From Octopus vulgaris (taxonomy: Eukaryota), in the NCBI GenBank assembly GCA_951406725.2, contig OX597816.1:138322001-138386000 (forward strand): a DNA stretch of 64,000 bases. Reading direction: 5' to 3'. The notes under the pieces are model-generated. The model did no database searches. It had not been told where the DNA came from and saw only the letters and a program-made list of their open reading frames with translations. Position 1 is the stretch's first letter. The number at the start of each line of letters is the position of its first letter. Shown in pieces: positions 42,494 through 56,966 of this stretch. The translations under genes were made by a program, and so were the position numbers.

Positions 42494-43522
42494 CATTAAA
42501 GACCCGTCGTTGCCGGGTCATAGTGCTAGTGCATGTATATATATGTGTACATACTACATGTACATCTATATATATACATCTCCACATAAAATACAAAATA
42601 CAAAGTTATATCTTGATATCGCTAGTGATTTCAATACTCAAAATATATAACAGACTGGAATTGTCAGCCCGTCTCTTGTAATTTCGATCAATTGTATCTT
42701 GTCATCCCTCTTGTATAGAAGTGTGGCTACAATCCAGCCTACTTCTACTTCGGTATCTACCTCTGATTAGATACCTTTCATAGTCGCACCAAGACACTTT
42801 TCGAAGGTGCTTTCCTCCATGTGTTCAAATCTTCTTTTTTCTCTACATTGTATACTTAATAGACAACAGTCTTTTCTTTAATTTAATTTTTTATTATCCA
42901 TCTGGACTATTCCATTTCTGCACGCTAATTTTATTTTTAATTTATCCCTATTCATGTGAAACCACTTATTCAAATTCAAGTCATTGATGCAATTTTATAC
43001 CAATTGCTATTTTTACTTTTTTTTATGTTACGATTATATTATACTTTAGTTTGATTTTAATTATTACTTACTACATATAATTCAATTGTTATTATTATTT
43101 TTATTGTTAAAGTGAAAGTATGTGACATAAAATAGAGAAATGTTTTTGTTTCACTTTTAACACGTAATACTGAAATAGTGGAGAAGATATGATATTGCTA
43201 TGGGCTCGCTCTAGGCAAGAAGTTGAACATTTTTTTGCCCATAAAACTACATGGACCCTAAGTAAGGCATGTGTAAAATTTGAATGGAATTGGTTGTGTA
43301 ATTCTCAAGTTTTAGGGAATCGTAATGGAGAAGATATGATATTGCTGTGGGCTCGCCCTAGGCAGAAAGTTCAAAATTTTTTTGCCGATAACACTCCTCG
43401 GACCCTAAGTAAGGCATGTGTAAAATTTGAATGAAATTGGTTGTGTAGTTCTCAAGTTTTAGGGAAACAGACAGACAGACAGACAGGCAGACAGACACAT
43501 TCTCAGTTTTATATATATAAAG

Positions 43523-43523
<1 letters not shown>
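42490..43523 (-). mobile_element. Non-autonomous Helitron with an internal 147-bp tandem duplication
   Basis: 5' TC followed by TTTATATATA and (CTGT)n; 3' hairpin GACCCG...CGGGTC near the terminus; repeat units start at 43179 and 43326. Confidence 0.65.
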
Positions 43524-43552
<29 letters not shown>

Positions 43553-43553
<1 letters not shown>

Positions 43554-43920
43554 GGCACAGGAGTGGCTGTGTGGTAAGTAGCTTGTTTACCAACCACATG
43601 GTTCTGTGTTCAGTCCCACTGCGAGGCGCCTTGGGCAAGTGTCTTCTACTATAGTCTCGGGCCGACCAAAGTCTTGTGAGTGGATTTGGTAGACGGAAAC
43701 TGAAAGAAGCCCGTCATGTATGTGTGTGTGTGTTTGTGTGTTTTTGTTTGCCCCCCGCTATAGCATGACAACCGATACTGGTGTGTTTACGTCCCTGTAA
43801 CTTAGTGGTTCGACAAAAGAGCCCGATAGAATAAGTAGTAGGCTTGCGATGTATAGGTCTTGGGGTCGATTTGTTCGATTAATATCGGTGCTTCAGTCAA
43901 ATGGCTGAAACAAGAAAAAA
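43553..43920 (+). mobile_element. Full-length SINE family A
   Basis: Head and tail match. Confidence 0.88.
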
Positions 43921-43941
43921 ACTAAAAGACTTTATTATATA

Positions 43942-44335
43942 CTAGCAGTATCGCCCGGCGTTGCTCGGGTTTGTAAGGGAAATAACTATATAAGCATTTT
44001 TAGAGATGTAAAGTATAATAGCCATCTCAATATGGCTAACCACAAAGGGGGGTGTTACTGTAGCTTTTTACGTTCTGAGATTTAATAATAAATTTTTAGA
44101 GAGTTACTTCCCTTATATATACCAAAAATGCATTAAAAATGGGAAAAATTTATGGTAATTTTTTTTAAAATCGTAGACTCATCGTAGACGCGCGCTAATA
44201 CCCAGAAGGGCTCGATATGAATCACGACTATAAGATACCCGGTTTTGGTTAAACTGCACCGCAAAATGTGGGAGTAGTTAGGAATCTAAATCGTAGGAGA
44301 CAGACAGCACACAACCTCACTTTTATATATAAAGA
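43942..44335 (-). mobile_element. Non-autonomous Helitron; homolog at 59924-60436
   Basis: 5' TC, 3' CTAG, subterminal hairpin CCCGAGCAACGCCGGG, inserted between A and T. Confidence 0.85.
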
Positions 44336-44388
44336 TATAAAGATATGTATATATATAAAGATATGTATATATATATATATAGATATGT

Positions 44389-44444
<56 letters not shown>

Positions 44445-45042
44445 TATGTATATATATAGATATGTATACACACACACACACACACATATATATATATTTA
44501 CTGTTACTGTTAGCGGTGTTTTCATATTTCATTCCTAGCCATTTAAAACTATTTCGGAAGAATAACATTTCCGAAGTCTGTCGTCCTTTACTGAGTACTC
44601 CTAGTGCTGTCTTTCATATAAAATGCTTTATATGCTTTATATCGACATTTATAATAATAGTCTTATTCAAGGACATAGTAATTATTATGATGCTATGTTA
44701 ATATTGATATCGTTATAACCGGATTTGGAAATTTCAGACTGATCAAATCATCTGCCTTTTAGAATACAGGAAATTGTCTGACATCAGTGTCTGGTCGTTA
44801 GTTTGTTGCTAGTGTCTGCTGTTTCTGTGTCACGTCGTGTGTCTGCATTTGAGTAATAAATTAGAATCTCAGGTGGTGAATACGAAGAAACATTAGTGTA
44901 TCGGATAAAATGTCTAGTTGAATATGTACTTGACCTTTTGTAAGTTCATATCTTCCTCCCATCGATTCTGATTTTGCCTCTTTATCTTTTCGGGTTCAAT
45001 AAAACACAACACCAGCATTGGGATCCATTTAATCTCCTAAAC

Positions 45043-45384
45043 CACGGGTTCCCAACATTTTTTTTTTTTATCTATGGAACTCTTTGATTACTATTTTACT
45101 CAGGTGGATTCCCATAGCCCTAAAACTATTTTTTTTTAGAAACTTCTTTCAATATTTCTATTTTGTTTTCCACACATTAACTTGTGTAAGTTGAACTATG
45201 TGAAATGTTAGAGAAAGAAACCTGGCTGTTTCTTGCAATACTTACCAATACATATATCTGAAGTAAAATTTTTTCAGGGGCCCTTAAAATACTATTGTAG
45301 AACCCCAATTACTTTATTGCGTGGATCCCAAAAAACCTTAAATGGACCCTCAGGGGTCACATGGACTCCGGTGGCGAAACATTG
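45043..45384. mobile_element. hAT (Charlie-like) MITE
   Basis: Imperfect TIRs CACGGGTTCCCAAC / GTGGCGAAACATTG; 8-bp TSD TCCTAAAC / GCCTAAAC. Confidence 0.65.
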
Positions 45385-45675
45385 GCCTAAACCATCCTCC
45401 AAAATTTCTGGCCTTGTGTTGTGGCCATTGTTTGAAGCTATAACTGATACTCAGATGGTGAACACCACCAACGATGTGGCGGGTATTTCTCCCCGTCCGT
45501 ATACTGGCAAGGGGGACAGATACAGTGAACCTCAGAATCACGGATGCACACTTAAATAGGAAGAAAGTACCCAGCCTTAATCACTGGAATGAGTTCACCG
45601 ACTGGAAGTACATCAGCTGCTTCCAGAGCCTTTAACCAGCACCAGCAATGACCGCCACAAAAAAGCAAATGGAAA

Positions 45676-45718
45676 GAATGTCTGATGAAGGAGTTTTGAT
45701 CCCGAAAGAGCTCGCTTG
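45676..45718 (+). ncRNA. Degenerate minimal hammerhead motif
   Basis: CTGATGA A GGAGTTTTGATCCC GAAAG AG CTC; core intact, stems I and II imperfect. Confidence 0.45.
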
Positions 45719-45889
45719 AAATAACCTAACCTAAAAGCTTGCAACAAGGTTATCCACAGATTACATGCGACATGTAGGTCCTATCCTTCTATGTATGTAT
45801 GTATGTATGTATGTATGTATGTATGTATGTATGTATGTATGTATGTATGTATGTATGTATGTATGTATGTATGTATGTATGTATGTATG

Positions 45890-45939
<50 letters not shown>

Positions 45940-46717
45940 ATACCTTTCCTACTAATGGGGTTACTCTGTTGTTTTGAGACACATCAGCACAGTATCCCCA
46001 CCAAGCCTCACCAGGCCATGTACCTCTTGTGTAATATTAAGATGTTTTTATCTAAATCTATGTAATGTATCTGCACTTTAACTCACTTGTCTTTTAATTT
46101 CTTAAACGGAGCTATTATATACGGCTAGTCACAATGCGTTTCTTCGCATTGATGTACCTTTTAAACGAAGCCACCCTGCTAGGTAAGTGGGAAGAACAAC
46201 ACACCCACTGAACGGGATGCCAGTTTGTTATAATGTTACACATTCATAGTAGAATGGACCGGAGCAACGTGAAATGAAGTGTTTTGCTCAAGAACATTAC
46301 ACACAGAGCTGTTTAGAAATCGAAACCACGAATTTGCAATAGTAAATGCAACGCTAGGCTACGTGTCTTTGTATTCTTCTATATAATATTTTGCAATGGT
46401 TCCTTATTGTATATTCATAATTATGCATGCACAGAGAAAATGCAGTACTGACATATACAAAATACAAGTTTCTGTTATGAATTTTATAGCTTTCGTACTT
46501 GCATACAAATTTATAAATTGTATTATTCATCTATAGCTTATTCAATACTTTGCAGGCCAGTGTCTTGTAGTTTATGCAATGTTTAATTTGTGGATTTTTG
46601 CAATATATTATTAAAGCAAGACACACTGATATAAATAATATATTACGAACAAAATGTATTACTAACGGGTTTTTAACTTACAATGAGCAATGTTATTTAT
46701 ATATCAGCTGCGATGTA

Positions 46718-47977
46718 TTGAGCCATGCCATAAATAATGCGTTTTTTTTTACACTTCTATTATATTTCAAACTTAATTCAAACAGAATTCTTTTTAATCT
46801 AAAATATACTCTCTTTCATTTTCGACAATGCTCTTCCATCTATTTGGTAAACTTGCAAGGCTCCTCTTCCAAAATTCACTTGTCCGCGACGAAAAATATT
46901 TCGCTAGTATTGTTTTAACCTCGTCTACAGAATTCATATTTTTCCCATTCAAATTATTTTGAAGACTGCAGAATAAATGATAATGAGATGGGGCAATGTC
47001 CGGCGAATATGGTGGGTGAAGCATTGTTTCCCCATTCAAACTGCTCTAGCCTTTGGAATGTCATACTCGTTGTATGTGGCCGAGCATTATCTTAATCGAA
47101 GAACACCATTCATCTCGAAACTAAAGATGCTCATTTTTCTTCTAGCGCTGACTTAAACGCTCAACCAGCTCGTAGTGGAACTCCTTTGTTATCGTTTGGT
47201 TTTGGTTTAAAAGTTCAAAGTGGATTAAACCTTTCATATCCCACCAAACAGACAGCAACACCTTACGTAGATGAAGACCTTCTTTATCCTGAGGTGCCGG
47301 TGTTTCTCTTTTCCCTACCAACTGTCTTCAGCGCTAGACATTTTTATAGAGAACCCATTTCTCGTCACCAGTCACTATTCGGCTCCCAAAATAGTTCATT
47401 CGTGAGACGTGACAGCAAAGATTCACTCTTCGCGCGATTAGGCACGAAAAGTTTGTGAGGAACCCACTGACCCAATTTTCTGACTTTTGCGATGGCACGC
47501 ATGTATCGATGAATTGTTGAATGATCAAATCCAAGCTTCTCTGCTAGTTCCTCAATAGTTATGATGGGATTTCATTCCACCACGTTTTGCAGGACGTCCT
47601 CGTCGAGCTCTACAGATCTTCCAGGACGAAGCTCGTCTTTTAAGCTGTAGTTTTCGGCTCGGAATTTTTGGAACCACCGTTGACAGTGGCTTCCGCTGAT
47701 AGTCCGATCCCCGTATACTGCATTAATATACCTCGCACTTTCTGTTGAGCAATTGCCTTCATTGAAGTCATAAAGCAAAATATGCCGAATATGCTCTTTT
47801 GTCACTTCCATTATAGCTTCGAAAATATAACTGTTAAAATCGAACTGCACTCTTCAAAACACTAAGAATAAGTACAAAGTAAAACTACTACCTGCTTTTT
47901 TAGGAAGTTTACCCCGTCCTCCTCCGATTATTAGTTCATGCAATTGAAAATACCATATTATTTATAGGATGACCCAA
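46718..47977 (-). mobile_element. Full-length degenerate mariner transposon
   Basis: Imperfect TIRs with TA flanks, 1260 bp; HIRHILLYDF, WVPHKL, TGDEKW and HPPYSPDIAPS motifs with stops and frameshifts. Confidence 0.92.
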
Positions 47978-48834
47978 TATATTGTAATCTGTCTGGCGAA
48001 TTCTTTTCACAACGTGGTCATCTATTCTACAGATAGAGTTTATATAATACACTTTACGTATAGCTTTCATGTTTATATATCAGTGTATTATTATCTAGTT
48101 TCATTCACCAAAAACTTATAAATAAATAACAATGTATAACACAATTCTTATCCTTGACTAGCAACTTTTATTTCCTATTTGCTTTTCCCTGGAAAGTACG
48201 AAAGACTGTTAATATTTCCTTCAAAGTTTACTTCTGTTATATTTATCCAAACCCCAAAGAATCCCTCTCAGCACATGGTTATGGTGATCCCACTACTCCT
48301 GCTCGTGATCATGGATGCATATATTGTCGGGACATGGTCAAGTGGTTAAGGTCAAGCAACCGACAAGCAAATCTGTGATACTGAGCAGAATATTTGCTAG
48401 AACGATATTTCTGTTTCAGCAACTCAGCGCTGAATTTGTCTGAAATGTAATGGAAAATAGGTCAGTTTCAAATCATTGATGCCTAGGTCCGAAAAGCAAA
48501 GTTTGAAGGGAATAGAAGTGATTTCCTTTGATTTGTAGATAGAAGCAAATAAGAAATAACACTTACTGACAGAAAGACAATTGTTACAGTGTAATGTTTG
48601 AATTGGAAGTTTTCAGTGCAAATGTAAAAGGAATTCTACAAAAGAATTAGACTAGTATATACCCCAATCTGACATTTTATCAATGTCTTCTTATAACTGT
48701 GGCTTTAAACACCTACCCTCAAATCGTTGGTATTGTACCTTTTATTAGAAGCAATATATTTATAGAATGAATGAAACAATTATCAACTTTGCTGCATCAA
48801 AATATATTTTATGTGTATCTCTGTTATGTATGTA

Positions 48835-49983
48835 TAGTGTGTCCGAAAATTATCTGTACCTTTTCTCTGTCTAATACTAAAATCCAAGTGTAAAAAAATC
48901 CAGTATTGTCCGATATGGCCCATAAATTGCCGAGATTTTTCTCGAGAGTCTTTTTTCCTGGTTTTTACCTATGTCTGTGACAGTTTCTGACAAGTTTTTT
49001 CTCAGATATTCATTCATACACTCTCCAAACAAATACAATGTACTAAGTGGCTTATTGAAACCTAATCAGATATACAAATACAACTAATGATTAGAACTAA
49101 TTATAACAGTTTTCTTTATCGAGAGCAACCGTATGAGTTCAGTGTAAACAATTTGAGGAAACTAGAAATGGACAGCGTTAGAAAGGTGAAGGCCAACCTC
49201 AAACGTCTAAAGAAAACGTTGAACGTTTTCAAGAGATTCCGTTCGCAATACCAGTTTGTCGATCAGAAGAGATACTGAGGTATCGTTCGACATTATGCCT
49301 TGCATAAGCGTTTAAAAGTGAAACCTTGCAAGTTACAAATCCTGTGACTGATTAAACAATAAATTTAGATCTAGAGTAAGGAATGTGCAATGATTACGCT
49401 TCAGTTGTAATGATTATGATTCACAGAGTCAACGGATAATCAATTATTAGAGTCAATCTTCTAATCAAGAATCAAGTTTGCTGAGGAGGAAAATTTTTAT
49501 GCTCCAGGCAAGATAAGCAAACAACATGTGTATGTATGACGATCACGCAAACCACAGTGCATACTGGGAGTGAAGTGAGGCATGTCACGTGTTCTCGTGA
49601 CAGGATCAATCTTCTACGGTAAAACAGCATTATTCTCCAGTACCTATTTGGAGATTTTGCTACACTTTTTCCATCCGCAACTGAAAAAAAAACTGCAAAG
49701 ACTCGTTATTTTTTCAGCAATATGGTGCATCGTTTCATTCAACCTTAATCATCGGTGATTCCTTGAATGAGATATTCTTAATTAGTTCCAGACGTGTGAT
49801 TCATTGAGCAGTGAATCTCCAAACGTTAGACCTTAATATTTCTTTCTTTGAGAATTCATCGAATATTTTGTGTATAACACGCCGTTTGACAGGTACCGAC
49901 GTCTTAAAGGCAAGAATCACAGCTGCTATTGAACATCGATTTTAAAGGGATAATGGTTGAAAGCTTTTATAGGACATCCGGCA
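48835..49983 (+). mobile_element. Highly decayed Tc1/mariner-superfamily transposon
   Basis: Relics LHKRLKVKPCKLQIL, FAEEENFYAPGKISKQHV (FSDEATF-like), FQQYGA (FQQDGA-like) and SPNVRP*YFFL (SPDLTPLDFFL-like); TIR-like ends. Confidence 0.65.
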
Positions 49984-50290
49984 GAATTCCATATCTGCTA
50001 TTTTGTTGTGTATTCTCACGTCTTTAGTTAAATGCCGTCGATTTAGAGATTAGAATCCATCCTGCTTCGATCGATAAAAGAAATAACACCAGTCAAAAAC
50101 TTTGCTCGGTATAACAGTGTACACCTAGCCGTCCAATGACAAGTATGTGATTCATCAGTATTAAATTACTCTGATGAAAAATAGACTGATGTAATGTTTA
50201 TGATTCTCCATAGAGAGTTATTACTGAATATAACGTTAAAAATCCCACAGCACAATTTCAGCTTTTTAAAAGTTGTGTGTATGTGTGAGC

Positions 50291-50352
<62 letters not shown>

Positions 50353-50435
50353 CTTGTACTAGCTTGGTGTATTTTATTTTAAAGTATTTAATAATTTAAG
50401 TATTGCTTTAGTTTTCACTTAAGTATATTTAGTAT

Positions 50436-50480
<45 letters not shown>

Positions 50481-50486
<6 letters not shown>

Positions 50487-50785
50487 TATATTTATTAATT
50501 ACTTACTTTATTGTTCTAGTTTATTTGTAACCTGATGAGTGACTATATTTATATCGAAGTGATTTCTCTTCCACTATAATCATTTCTTAAATATAGCCAC
50601 GAAACACGTGTCGTTATTCTACAAATTATATACGTTATCATTATTATTATTATTTTTTTGCAATTTACTTAATCATTGACATTTTATTGTCATTTTAATG
50701 TTAATATTTATATTATATGTAATTTTCTAGATGGTGTAATTTAATTGTTCATTTTGAATTCATAAAAGGTGGGTTTTTCTAATTT
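50481..50785 (+). mobile_element. AT-rich element of about 305 bp between two (TA)n tracts, carrying an intact hammerhead
   Basis: (TA)n at 50441-50480 and from 50786; no ORF. Confidence 0.7.
50523..50627 (+). ncRNA. Canonical type-I hammerhead ribozyme
   Basis: TAAC CTGATGA GTGACTATATTTA[loop]TAAATATAGCCAC GAAAC ACGT GTC GTTA; all core nucleotides present, 12 of 13 pairs in stem II, stem I extendable by ATTTG/CAAAT; predicted cut after C50612. Confidence 0.9.
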
Positions 50786-50805
50786 TATATATATATATAT
50801 ATGTG

Positions 50806-50837
<32 letters not shown>

Positions 50838-51226
50838 TGTATATATATACACAGTAGAACAGCTGATTTTCTCTATACATATTTTCGTTGTCAAATATTC
50901 TGAAATTCTTGAAATTCTCAATAATATTTGGATCTACTTGTCATATATAGATGACATAAAATTTGCATATATCTGGATTCACGCCGTAACAAGAAAAAGA
51001 GCCTCATATAGTGGAAATAATCACAAAAATAAGTTAATGATATTTTGAGTCATTCATCACGACTATTTCAATGATCCTTATATTAAAAACAAACACTTTC
51101 GTCAGACGTAGTCAGCAAAAATTGGTAAATTACAGTATTCTGTAATTACTTCACACGCATATACACACTCTCGCCCTCACCAGCATAAACGTGTGTGTGT
51201 ATATGCGCGCGCGTATGTATTTATAT

Positions 51227-51532
51227 CACGTGATCACATGACCGACCAGGCTATCTGATGTAGCCACACATCGCTGGTCACAATGCGCTTCGCATTGTTT
51301 TAGCCTCCAAATGACGCCACCCCGCTGGCTAAATGAGTAGGCCAACAGAAGAGTGAGAGAAAGTAATGGCGAAAGAGTACAGCAGGGATCGCTACCACCC
51401 GCTGCCGGTGCCTCGTGGAGCTTTAAGTGTTTTCGCTCAATAAACACTCACAACGCTCGGTCTGGGAATCGAAACCGCGATCCTACGACCGTGAGTCCGC
51501 TACCCTAACCACTGGGCCATTGTGCCTCCACG
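51227..51532 (-). mobile_element. tRNA-derived SINE with 11-bp TSD
   Basis: Head shared with 61130-61517; TSD TGTATTTATAT. Confidence 0.85.
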
Positions 51533-52149
51533 TGTATTTATATAAGTTGCTTTAAAATTGTCATAGGTGCATGCATTGCAGTTTCCTAGTGCAATACATG
51601 AAGACACCCAAGCTTTCCAAATAACTGAACGTTTTCAACTTGCCTCAAAATCTCGCGATATCAATGGACTACGAACGACACACTAACGTGATGCCTAGGA
51701 TATCGCTCGTAATGTATAAATGACATTGTCAGAGGAGTAAAACTGTTGCAACCTATCTCAGAAGAGAGGTACCAAATAAATTGATTTCAAATTTTGGCAC
51801 ACGGCCAGCAAGGTCGGAGACACTTCGATTACTTCGACCCCTGTACTTAAATCATACTGATTTTGTGGAAGCTGAAAGGATAAAATGTAAAGTCAGCTTC
51901 GACGGAATTTGAACTCAGAACGTGAAGACGAACGAAATGGCACTTAGCATTTTGCCTGGCGTGCTAACGGTTCAGCCAAATCACTGCCTTAATAGTAGTG
52001 AGTCAATTAAGTTACGATCTATCTTCAGTCGAGAATTTGAAACGTTTTCCCTGGCTTAGCTCGCTGGCAGCGATGTAATTTGATGAAGGGTACCAGCCTT
52101 AAAATATTGGTAAGTGGAGTTTGTTTAACAATTCATTATATCAATATCA

Positions 52150-52448
52150 GTGAAGGTGCGTGGCTTAGTGGTTAGGGTATTTGGCTCATGATCGTAAGAT
52201 CGTGAGTTCAATTCCGGGCGGCGCGTTGTGTCCTTGAATAAGACTCTTTATTTCACGTTACTCCAGTTCACTCACTTAGCAAGAATGAGTAGTACTTGTA
52301 TTTCAAAGGGCCATCCTTGTCGTACTCTGTGTCACGCTGAATCTCCCTGAGAACGTGTTAAGGGTACACATGCCTGTGGAGTACTCAGCCACCTGCACGT
52401 TAATTTCATGAACTGGAATCCTCATCGTCGAAACCGACGGAGTGCCAA
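52150..52448 (+). mobile_element. tRNA-derived SINE (family C)
   Basis: A box TGGCTTAGTGG, B box GAGTTCAATTCC, tail CCGACGGAGTGC. Confidence 0.85.
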
Positions 52449-53647
52449 TCATATCAATTATCAACCCGAGTACTTATTTTTTAAAGTCCCAGGAAGGATG
52501 AAAGCAAAAGTCGATATCAATATGATGTGAACTCAGAACATACAAACTGACAAATAAATAAATAAATAAATAAATAAATATATGCCACAATATATTTTTA
52601 TCCGATGCTCTACCGATTCTGCCAGTCCACCACCCCGTTGCGAGCAACATATTGATAGATATATCGAACAAACAACATATCATATATCATAAAATGAAAT
52701 AAATTAACAGGACGGGGGTGGCGGTGTCAGAAGCCTATAATAACTTTGATTCTAGCTAATATAAAATCGTGTGATATCGTTATCAGCGGAAACTGGTAAG
52801 GAAATATGTAAAGTTGAGAGCAATATCATACTTTTATTGCTTCTTGATTTATCTGTTGCCTCTGCTGCCACAGACGACCAGGCAACAAAACATTCTATCT
52901 TTAATTATAAAAACAAATTTGTTAGCCACTAAATCTTTCTCTTCATCTACCGAAGTGTTAGCAAAGTTGAACAAATGTATTGATTTCACTGCTGGCAGAT
53001 AAATAAATTTGTCTACCGAGAATAATTTAATGAGCGAAACTTAGAGCTTGTCTGTTATGATAAAATTTACTAATTGAAGTGAGCTACGTGAGGTCTTGCG
53101 TCTATGTGTGATGTATGTACGCGTGAGTGTATTTGTACGTGTATGAATATAGATACAAATGTATGCACGCGCGTATGTGTGTGTGTGCGTGTTTGTGTGT
53201 GTGCTTGCGTGTGTGTGTGCGTGTTTGTGTGTGTGCTTGCGTGTGTGTGTGTGTGTGTGCGTGAGTGCTAGAGTTTGTGTGTATGGGTAAATGTACGTGT
53301 GGTGTATATCCCTATCTGTATGAATTTCGGCGTCGGTGTATGTGTGAATAGTTGTGTATATGTGTATTGTATGCATATATGTGTGTTCATATATATCTAT
53401 GAGTGTTTGCGTGTGATAGAATTTATGTTGGAGTATATGTGTTCCTATGTGATATGTATGCGTATCTGCATGAATTTGGGTGTCAGTGTATGTGTGAGAG
53501 AGAGTGTTTTGCGTCTAAGTGCTTATATGTACGTGTGTTACACGCTTATATGTGTATGTATGTGATTATATACAAGTCTTTGTACATGGACATATGTGTG
53601 TTGTGTGTTGTGTGTGTATGTATCTATGTGCATAAGAATATTTATGT

Positions 53648-53922
53648 ATGGGCGTATGTGTGTATAAGTGTATCTATGCATGGGCGTATGTGTGTATAAG
53701 TGTATCTATGCATGGGCGTATGTGTGTATAAGTGTATCTATGCATGGGCGTATGTGTGTATAAGTGTATCTATGCATGGGCGTATGTGTGTATAAGTGTA
53801 TCTATGCATGGGCGTATGTGTGTATAAGTGTATCTATGCATGGGCGTATGTGTGTATAAGTGTATCTATGCATGGGCGTATGTGTGTATAAGTGTATCTA
53901 TGCATGGGCGTATGTGTGTATA
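53648..53922. repeat. Minisatellite, 32-bp unit, about 8.6 copies
   Basis: ATGGGCGTATGTGTGTATAAGTGTATCTATGC repeated with no visible mismatch. Confidence 0.95.
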
Positions 53923-54608
53923 GGCGTATGAGTCTACGGCGTTATGTATGCGTGTTTCGGTGTGTTTGCAGAGAGGTGTGTCTGCATTTGTAAAGCAGTG
54001 TATCTACGTGCGCATATGCATGTGTATGTATGATGTATGTGTACGTGTACGATATGTTTATGATCGTTTTACAATGGTATGTATGAAACGGTGCGAAAGA
54101 GGGAGATAGTGCGATACGGGGAGGTATGTGCGAGTGTACGTGTACATGTGTGTCTGTGAGTGTGTGTGAGAAAGTCGGAGGTAGAGAGAGAGAGAGAGGG
54201 AGAGAGAGAGAGAGTGTGTGTGTGTGTGTATACCAGAAAGAGATAATACATGAGTGTATGTATGACTGTGTAATTAAGTGTGTGTGCATATATGTGTGTG
54301 TAATTGCGAGTGTGAGCATGCGTGAAACAATGTGTAAATGAATTTCTCTATAAACGTATAACTATATACAAACTATGTGTGTGTGTACGTGTGTGTGTGT
54401 ACGTGTGTGTGTGTACGTGTGTGCATGTGTATGTAGATTTTACTATTTCTGTGTTAATTTGAAGGTACATGTGTGTGTGTATGTGTGAATGCATATGAGC
54501 ATGCATGCGTTTAGTGGGTATGCACATGTCTGTGTAGTTTTATGAAAGCATATATATGTAAGATTATGCGCATCTGTAAATGTTTGTACATGCATGTGTG
54601 TATGTGTG

Positions 54609-54666
<58 letters not shown>

Positions 54667-54707
54667 TGTGAGTGTACATATGCGGATATCTACATGTATA
54701 TGCATGT

Positions 54708-54766
<59 letters not shown>

Positions 54767-54891
54767 TATGTATATGTATGTATATGTATGTATATGTATG
54801 TATATGTATATCTTTGTATATATAGATATATATACATATATATAGGTGTCTATCTATCTATCTCTATAACTATATCTATATATATATATAC

Positions 54892-54960
<69 letters not shown>

Positions 54961-54982
54961 CATATATATATATATACATATA

Positions 54983-55076
<94 letters not shown>

Positions 55077-56059
55077 GTATATATATGGGCGTTTGTCTGA
55101 GTATATATTTATCAATATGTACCTGTATGCGAATACGCCTGCATGTGTGTTTGTGTCTATATATTTATGTATATCTGTATATATTTACGCGTGCACTTAT
55201 GTATATAAGCAACAATAATTGTATGTTTGTGTGTGTGTATGTGTGTGTGTGAATGCAAACAGATGTGTGCAGATAACACTTGTGCGTAAATGCGTGTATG
55301 TGTATGACTGCGTGTATCTTTGTGAAGTAGTTCTCCATATGTGTGAATGTTTCAATACCTGTGAGCGTGCAAGCGTAGGTTTGGTGTACGAGTGTGGTTA
55401 TACGCGAACAAATGTGTGCGCGTACGTACGTTACGAGTGCGTTTGTACGTCTAATGCCGACTGTGATAACAAGTACATTTGCGCATACATGCGAAAGATG
55501 GAGAAGATGGGAGACTGGACTGTTATTGAGAAGAACTGCGTTAACACAGGAAAGAGAGCGAGTGGGGAGGGGAGAGTGGATGAATGAGAGATAAATCTGT
55601 CTTTCTCTTACACTACATACAAGAGCGCGCACGCACTACATACACGCGCACACATAAAGAGTGTCTCCCACAGCCTGTACCTTTCCTTTCCTAACTCCCT
55701 CTTCCCCTCTTACTCTACTTCTCTCTCTCTCTCTAGCTATCTATCAAACTGTCTCTCTGTCTCTTTCTCTCTCTCTCTCTCTTTCTTTCTCTCTCTCTTT
55801 CTTTCTCTCTCTCTGTGTATATATCTTTAAATTTATTCCACTGCACAAATGTTACTGTATCCTCCCCTTTCTCCGTCATTCTCTCCCTCCCTCTCTCCTT
55901 TTCTTTGCCTCTTTATTACCCCCTCCCTTTCTCTCTAGCGTTTCTGCCTCTCAAATCTCATACCTTTCCCAACTCCACTATTTATGCCTGTGCGTGTGCA
56001 TGCGTTCATGTGTACATATATATACATACATTTACACACATACACACATACACACATAC

Positions 56060-56092
<33 letters not shown>

Positions 56093-56109
56093 GAGAGACA
56101 TATATATTA

Positions 56110-56140
<31 letters not shown>

Positions 56141-56141
<1 letters not shown>

Positions 56142-56746
56142 CTCTTTTACTCTTACTTGTTTCTGTCATTTGACTGCGGCCATGCTGGAGCACCGCCTTT
56201 AGTCGAGCAAATCGACCCAAGGACTTATTCTTTGTAAACCTAGTACTTATTCTATCGATGTCTTTTGCCGAACCGCTAAGTTACAGGGGCGTAAACACAC
56301 CAGCATCGGTTGTCAAGCGATGTTGGGATGACAAACACAGACACACACACGCACATACACCCCCACACACACACTCACACATACACCCCTCACACACACA
56401 TACACACATACACAAACGTGCACACACATACACACACATATATACATATACATATAGGAATAAAATTTATATATAAAGAAACAAGAACGTGAAATTCACA
56501 AAGGGACGAACACAGAAAACAGAGGGGACATTCGAAGCCTTTAATCTTCAGTCAGAAACCGGATCATCATAGCAAATTTCGGCTGATTACGACGGGCTTC
56601 TTTCAGTTTCCGTTTACCAAATGCACTCACAAGGCTTTGGTCGGCCCGAGGCTATAGTAGAAGACATTTGCCCAAGATGTCACGCAGTGGGACTGAACCT
56701 GGAACCATGTGGTTGAAAGGCAAGCTACTACCACACAGCCACTCCT
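56141..56746 (-). mobile_element. SINE family A interrupted at its internal microsatellite
   Basis: 3' half 56141-56340, 5' half 56590-56746. Confidence 0.8.
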
Positions 56747-56785
56747 TTTATTCTTTAAATGTTTCAGTCATTTGAGGCACCACGC

Positions 56786-56853
<68 letters not shown>

Positions 56854-56928
56854 GAGAGAGAGAGAGAGAAACTGAGATGCTTGCTACACCTAGGATAGGT
56901 ATTTGTGTGTGAATTTCTATGTATGTAA

Positions 56929-56966
<38 letters not shown>

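Noticed and set aside
52150-52230. tRNA gene-like A and B boxes (also at other SINE heads)
   Set aside because: They continue directly into SINE bodies, several with TSDs; these are SINE heads, not tRNA genes
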